Position numbers and translations under genes: made by a program. Positions 56,506 to 64,000 of a DNA stretch of 64,000 nucleotides are shown here, piece after piece. Source of the DNA: Octopus vulgaris (taxonomy: Eukaryota); contig OX597831.1 in assembly GCA_951406725.2 (NCBI GenBank), forward strand, positions 27,032,001 to 27,096,000, written 5' to 3'. A model generated the notes under the pieces. That model did not search any database, had not been told where the DNA came from, and saw only the letters and a list, made by a program, of their open reading frames with translations. Every line of letters begins with the position of its first letter. Position 1 is the stretch's first letter.

Positions 56506-59318
56506 AATAATAACAGCTTATAAAGCTGAATATTTATTTGGACAGGTGACGCATTTAAGAGACATTTACATATTTAAACCTGAAAGACAGTTGCTGCATG
56601 AATTTTTAAAGGTGGACCCTTCCTCCATATAGACTCCGATTTTGTTTTAAACCAAACGTAAAAACAAAGCTTTAACTGCTTCAGCATTACATGAATTCTC
56701 TTCCATACAATGGTGTTACTAAAGTAGCCAAGATGGCGTTAGCTGACAAAATCATTCAGCTCGACGAACAAGACGCTTAACGCCATTTACATTCGGAGTT
56801 CAAATGCCAGAGTTTGACTTCGTTTTTTATCCTTTCAGTATCAATAAAATAAGTACCAGCTGAGCAGTGGGATCGATGATATCATCTAGCTCCTTCCTCC
56901 AATATTTCAGGCCTTGTGTCCTATAATTGAAAGAATTATTACTAAAGAAACTAAGATATGCTAAATATTCAGTCCTGTTATATAATCCTTGATGTAGATT
57001 GTTTTTGAAAATGCGACTATTGATTTAAACATGCTATTTTTACTCTAGTTTTACTTAAAGATATGTAGTTAAGGCGGAGAAGCTTTGCGCATCGATATTT
57101 CTCACCTATTTAACGCATCCAATTTAATTTAATGAGGACTGTATTACAATATCCATAATATAGTATTTAAATTATCTTGTATGAAAAAGAACAATTGAAC
57201 TCAATTATAGCGTGGTGAATTTAATAAATAATACATTGCTTTCAAATTTGGGCCCGAGGCCAGCAATTTCGGAGAGTGGGGATAATTCGATTACATTGGA
57301 TTTATTACTCGAAAGCATGAAAGGAAAAGCTGAGCTCTGGAATTTGAACTCGAAATAGTATAGACGGACGAAATTCCGCTAAGCATTTTTTCCGGGGTAC
57401 TTACGAATTCTGCCAGCTCGCCACCGTACGTGTTTCATATATCAAAATAGAGATGCAAGTTTGTTAATTAACATCTGACAAAAATTAAACCAATTCTTCC
57501 CATTTACGATCGCCATTCAGTTTGATTAACGTAGTTTTGATTTGTGCAACTTGGAAAGTGTATTGGAGCTTGGAAGCATTCCAGGAATGGATCAACATTA
57601 GATACCCAAGTCGTTCATAAAGTTAGAAGCAGTATAGCACTACACTAATAGATCAGGTACAGAATCACTGAATCAAGATTTGATAACTTTGCAATTATTT
57701 GATTTAAAGTAAAACTGGACCTTGGAAATATTCCAAGTATTGGATCAACCATAAACATTCAGTGGTTTATGAAAGTCGAAGGTAGAATAGCACTGTTAGA
57801 ACAAAATATTTAGTGTGGGGCCCTGTAGAATATGCTATTCTTGCTAATAGGTTAAAACTTGCACCTAAGTGGATTGGAGTTTGTATGTGTGATAAAGCAT
57901 GAGAGATTGTTCACATTTAGTTAGATCATCTAAAGTATATTTCATTAACCTAAAGTGATTGCTAGTTACATAAGCAAGACTTGCTGGCAAATCGTCCATT
58001 TTTTTTTTTTATGGACGTGGGCAAGGATGATAAAAATGAGAGATAAACACTACAAATACTTGACTCTGATTTAGTTTTTCCTTTTTGTATTTCTGGAATA
58101 GACTGGCCTGTGTTCTGCTCTCCGTCGTAAATCAGTCCTAAATGCATCCCTCTTCGAATACACTATACTACGACCATCTTTCCAGCTTTAGAACAAAATC
58201 TGCACTTATTTCCAATAATTGTCCAGTGTTGGTCATTATGTATTGTCTTGTGTCGTCATAATAAAAATAATTAATCTTATTGTTAATAATCATTGGTGGG
58301 ATGGTTGACTCAGGAAGGAAACTGGACAAAGTACTTTGTTCTCTTTAGTTAGAACAACCTTCCTTTTGTCCATCCAGGAGAATTACTTCTCTCTTCCTCT
58401 CTCTGTAATTTCTCTCGGACAACTGCAACTCCGTTGTTGCTTCCTGCAGAATTAAACATAGAAGTTAACTTGCTCCCATTTGATCGGGAGATACCATTTC
58501 CACGTATGGTTATATGAACTAAACCACACTGTGGTACTTAAAGGTGAACTGTGAAATCTACTTACATCTACATGTACTGGTTCATCCTGTGGAAACCGGT
58601 GGTGGACTGTACCTCAGTACAGTATCTACTATAACTACCATGCTGTGGTGCCTACATTCAACCTATATAGACTGCACCATATTCTGTACCTAGTTGCAGT
58701 TAAAGGACTGTATCACAATGTAGTACAACTAGGTATTTGGGAATGTTATTGATGGTTGTGAAGCATCTCCAAAACTATGATCTAATGAAGCTGAGAGGCA
58801 CAATGTTTCCTCTTCATTTTCCCCAGTCATCCGCCATCTTAGTTCCCTCTATTCCCTGTCTGTTCTTTGATATTGCTCAACCAGCTTCTTTATCAACTTC
58901 GTATACTTTTACGAGGACATTTTTCCATGCGTGACCATCCATCAGAAGTATAGTGTCATTTTTACATGACCAAACCTCCGCATTTTCCATAACATATTGT
59001 CTCTTATCTTGTTATTTGCTTCTGCCATTGGACTGCAGTCATATTGGAGCACCGCGTTATAGGGTTCAGTCGAGCAAATTGACCCCCAGTACTTTTTTAA
59101 AAGTTTGGTACCTATATTCTATCGGTCAGTTTTGCCAAACTGCTAAGTTATAGAAATTTGAACAAAGACGTACACTCAGCTATAGCCATTCATATATTTA
59201 GTTCAAAATTACAGAAAACAGAGTTTTATCATGGCTACCGAATAATTGTCACGTATTATATTTACAGATAAATTTCTCTATTTACATAATATCCAGGTCT
59301 CTTTCATTCTTTTGCTGT

Positions 59319-59371
<53 letters not shown>

Positions 59372-59431
59372 GTGTGTGTGTATGCATGCAGATGTGTATG
59401 AATATGTATTTGTATATACATATTTATGTAC

Positions 59432-59523
<92 letters not shown>

Positions 59524-60711
59524 CTGTATATACATGCAGACAGACAGACGGATGGATGTAATACATTACACCTAATGCACTGTACAATGTACACAATGGC
59601 ATATATAACATTTTATTAATGATCATCGTCGTCGTCGTCGCCATGATGGTGATATGGAATGATGTATGAGGCGGTCTGTCTGTCCCCCCTTCACCACCAT
59701 CACCACCACCTCTACTCTTTGCTTTGGCACTCTATCAATCTATCTCTACCGACTTCCTTCTTCTAATCTTTGCCTGCTTCTCTCATCTACATCTACTCCT
59801 CCTCATCCTCCTCTCGCTCCCTCCTACCCTCGCTTGTCGTCTGCCAAAACGAAAGCTTTTGCACTTTCATTGAGAAAGAAAATACAACAGATGGATTTTA
59901 ACTGGGGAAACTCCACAGTTCTCTGGTCGTGCTGATGGTGGTGGTGGTGGCGGTGTTTTTTTTTTTTTTTTGGAGGAGGCAGTAGGAAGCTTAGCAATTC
60001 CGGCTGCTGATTCCATATTATTATTATTATTAGCTGCTTGCTTGCTTGTCTGTGTGTGACGGTGTGTTTGGTTTGAAGGGGATGTATGAGAGATTATAGG
60101 GCTTTCGCATATTATTTCCTATCACGACCCTGCTCCCACCACTACTACTACTATAACCACTACCACCACCATCAGCGCCTTCATCGCCGCTTCTACCACC
60201 AACCTCATTCATCAAAAACAAGCTTGCATTCCTCACATTTCTAATGTCACGCTTTGCCTCTAACGATCCTGACGTGCGCGCGTGTTTGTGTGCCGTGTGT
60301 ATGTATTTATATATATATATAAGTGTATACGTGTGTGTGTGTGTGTGTGTTGTACTGGTTTGTTGTTCGTGTGTTTATGTAAGTTGTGTGTGCGTATGTT
60401 TATGCAGCTGGTGTTTCCTTGCACAGTAGAGTGCGTCCGCGCGCTCGCATGTATGTGTGTGTGGTTATGTAGTTACATGTATGTTGTATATCGTATATGC
60501 GTCATGTACTGTACACATGTGTATATGTGCTTGCACATGTGCGCGCGCGTATATTGTTCAATGCAATGTACGCACGTGTCTGTATCTGTCTGTAAATCTA
60601 TGTTCAATACTTGGACTTCAAAAAATATATATGTATATATTGTTTAGCCCTAGGCTTACCTTCAAGCGGATTTCTGATCAAAGATGTTCAACTATGACCA
60701 TTTTGGCGGCA

Positions 60712-60750
<39 letters not shown>

Positions 60751-62029
60751 GGCAGTGCATTCACCCAGTTTTTTGGGGAAGAGTTAGCTGCTAAATTTAG
60801 CACGTCTAGCTTATTATTACAATGAGGCTGCCCTCGTTTGTTGTTACTGGTGGATATAGTGGTTGCTGTTTAGCTTTGATCCACTGGCAACTATGATCAA
60901 AACCCTTCCAACTATGACCATCCTGATGATGATTATATATACATGTATGTGTGCGTGTGTCTATATATATATATATATAGATAGACACACACACATGCAT
61001 ACATATAAATGCACATGTATATATATACATATGCATATATATACTATATATATATATATATATATATAAAATCACATGTGCATACATAAATATCATGTGT
61101 AATCAGACTGCATTGTCTTATTAAGACTGGGTGGTACGAGGGGTATTTAGCTGTTATTTTTAGCAAAAAAAAGGGGCTCCTTTGCTGCAGGTAGTGGTGG
61201 TAGTACCAGCAATATTAGTCATAGTGTTGGCAATAGTAATTTTAAGGCTAACATGATAAAGGCAGCAGTAGTAGTAGTAGTAGTAGTGGTGGTGGTGGTG
61301 GTGGTGGTAGTAGTAGTGGTGGTGGTGGTGATGCAGATGCTATAATTGCTGAAATGGTGTTGCACTTGATGCAGCAGTAGTAGTGATGGTGATGGTGGTG
61401 GTGGTGTACCCATGTGACAGCCATGTCTCGCTTCACTACCATATATGGTAATAACAGAACACCTTTCCTACCCATCCACTCTTCTCATCTCATCAGTCAT
61501 TAGTTTATTTCTACCATGTCAATGTATGCTGTTCGCGCGCGCGCGCAGGCTAAGATGGACGATGTGTGTGTGTGTGTGTGTGTGTGTGTCTGGAAAGGGG
61601 ATTAGAAGGAGGGAGCGAATTTTCCCAGCCCCTCTCCCTCACTCCCCCTCTCTCTCTCTTCCTTTCTTTCTCTATACATATGCACTTTCGCGCTCTCTGT
61701 AGCTTCTGCGTTCTTGCAAAATGTGCAGTGCAGTTACACACTCACACACATACATGCACTTAGGTGTTTATAAAGTGCATGTCTTGTGGTGCAGTATATT
61801 TACACATGCGTGGCACATTTTGTAACGCAGTTTGCACATCGACACACCTTACAAAGGTAGCATGAATAACAGACTATTGTGTATACATCACTTAATCCAC
61901 ATACACACACATAAATGTATATATTCATACATGTGTATATATTTATATATATGTATATATTTGTATATATGTATATATTTGTGCATATATATTATATATT
62001 TCTATATACATGTGTATGTTGTATATGTC

Positions 62030-62200
62030 CATATATTTGTGTACATGTGTGTGTATATATATTTGTGTACATGTGTGTATATATATTTGTGTACATGTGT
62101 GTGTATATATTTTTGTGTACATGTGTGTATATATTTTTGTGTACATGTGTGTATATATATTTGTGTACATGTGTGTATATATATTTGTGTACATGTGTAT
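62030..62200. repeat. ~21-bp minisatellite (ATATATTTGTGTACATGTGTGT-like)
   Basis: About eight tandem units, read directly. Confidence 0.8.
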
Positions 62201-62698
62201 ATATATTCTTGTGTGTATATGTTTGTGTTTGTAGAGTATAATCTGCTATATTGTTACGCATCGCAACATAACAGTCGATATGCAACGAACTACAGCATGC
62301 ATATATGCACACACATAATGAGTGCATATAACATGTTAATTCAAATAGTGTTGTGGGGCATGTGTACATATGTGCATTTATGTATTTACAAATGAGTGTG
62401 TGTATATAATCAGAATTTGTTATGCTCTACTGAAATCAGTTTGTGGTTAAGAACAGTTACCTTATCAGAATAGGGTGATACTTTGAAATATAATTCGAAA
62501 GAAACCCTAAAATTCTCAGGACACCCAACTTAAACTCCAAGACCTGGTAGATTTTGATAATATATAGAGATGTATATATGTTTGTGTGTGTATAAATTTA
62601 GATGTATGTTTGTGTATGTTTCCATATGAATTTAGAACCTTGGGAGAACAACATGAAATACTTCTTTTGAGGAACGGTGGATCTGAAAGCACATAAAG

Positions 62699-62742
<44 letters not shown>

Positions 62743-62936
62743 CTGTGTAAATATTGGGTTTAAAAATTTCTTTAATAGGGGTGGTGGAGGAAAAGGTCAA
62801 AGGGTGCCTATTGGACTTGGGTTCACATCTATATACATGACAGATGCTCTACTATTGTACCAATGTAATATGTATACATGTATATGTTTGTGTGTATGTG
62901 ATATTTGTACTAAATTTTCTTTCTTCTCTTTTGCAG

Positions 62937-63034
62937 GAGGTTATGCAACATTCAAAACCATCTTTCCTCGGTTGTGTATAGCGGAACGAGTTTTACTGGA
63001 CAGTTACCTTGACAAACCATCCACCAGCTACTTG
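62937..63034 (+). CDS. DUSP1: Coding exon 2 of the DUSP1/4-like gene
   Basis: A polypyrimidine tract and TTGCAG acceptor end at 62936. The phase-1 join G|GA gives ...FYLS-GGYATFKTIFPRLC..., which completes the CH2B motif (L.GG...F...P.LC). The exon ends in phase 0 at TTG|GTATGT. Confidence 0.88.
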
Positions 63035-63974
63035 GTATGTACTATTATACTGCACTTGGTTCTAGGCATCACTGCCATCAATACCATCATTATTTGTCAT
63101 TGATCACACCGCCACCACCACCTTGAGCATTATCATCATCATCATCACTATCATTATCATCATCATAGTCTTCTTTGCTGACAGCGACTGTTCAAAAATC
63201 TGTTTCTCCGACACCACTGCTTCTGCCACATCGTATCGGCCTTTATTTATATTCAAGAACACAGTCGTTACAGTTGCTTGATAAGCTAGAAATAGCAGCC
63301 AAATTTTTTTCATCACCCCAAGGAATGATATATTGGATAAGGGTGGTGTTATATGATTGACTTAGGATGGTCATGGTTTGGAATGTCTTAGATCATAAGC
63401 TGACCAGCCTTCTCCTTCCTCTCTTTTCTTTTTCTCTGAGGATCTATAGCCATTTGACTTCACCATAACTTTTCATGTCTGCCTAAGTCTACCTTTCCTT
63501 CTTGAGCGATGCATTCACATGTCCCTTAAAACAGCCTCCCCACTCTCTGTCCCCCCATACCAACACCCATCAAATGAAGTCTTTAGCACTTAGCATTTTT
63601 AGTGCTTTCATCCATTCAGTCCATCATTGCAACATAGACATCATTCTCATTATTTAATGCCCGTTTTCCATGCTGGCATGGGTTGGATGGCTTGACCAAG
63701 AACAAAGCTGTCATGGCCAGGAATCTGCACCAGGCTCCAATTTTGACTTGGTTTCTATAGCTGGATGCCCTTCTTGGTACCAACCACTTTACATTGTGTG
63801 CTGGGTGCTTTTTACATGGCACCAGCAAATCAGACAAAAATGGTCTTATTTCTATACTAACCTAGATTGGAGCCAACAGGGCTGTTGTTGTTAAATGATC
63901 AATACTTGACCAATATTGATGTGGCCTAAAATCTTTTGAAATTCTATTCATATTTTGTTTCGCCCGTTTTAAGT

Positions 63975-64000
63975 TGTTTCTCTCGTTTGCTTCTTTCCAG
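63975..64000 (+). other. Probable 3' splice acceptor for DUSP exon 3 (catalytic domain expected beyond the window)
   Basis: The window ends in a polypyrimidine tract plus CAG (tgtttctctcgtttgcttctttccag), about 1 kb after the exon 2 donor. Confidence 0.55.

Noticed and set aside
57950-58730. Non-repetitive intronic stretch as a hidden exon or LINE
   Set aside because: No open frame with a recognisable motif was found.
62804-63103. 99-aa ORF as a stand-alone gene
   Set aside because: Only 62937-63034 lies between splice signals and matches the DUSP motif.

Overview
AT-rich, microsatellite-saturated eukaryotic DNA. The SINE families and repeat landscape point to a coleoid cephalopod, most likely Octopus (recognised from memory, not from a search). 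The only supportable host gene is a DUSP1/DUSP4-like MAP-kinase phosphatase on the + strand: exon 1 (ATG 43971-44331), an 18.6-kb intron, exon 2 (62937-63034), and a probable third acceptor at the last base of the window. Nearly all other ORFs in the track are simple-repeat or SINE artefacts. The rest is dozens of tRNA-derived SINEs (three families), a decayed pogo/Tigger transposon interrupted by a SINE with a 14-bp TSD, several MITEs, LINE fragments and a 7-unit tandem array of tRNA-like heads. The most notable unannotated signal is about a dozen minimal type-I hammerhead-ribozyme motifs, many inside (TA)n-flanked fold-back elements of Penelope-like/retrozyme architecture. Several show compensatory swaps of the catalytic C3-G8 pair: U3-A8 in three different sequence contexts and G3-C8 in one. 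All folds were read by eye and none has been tested.
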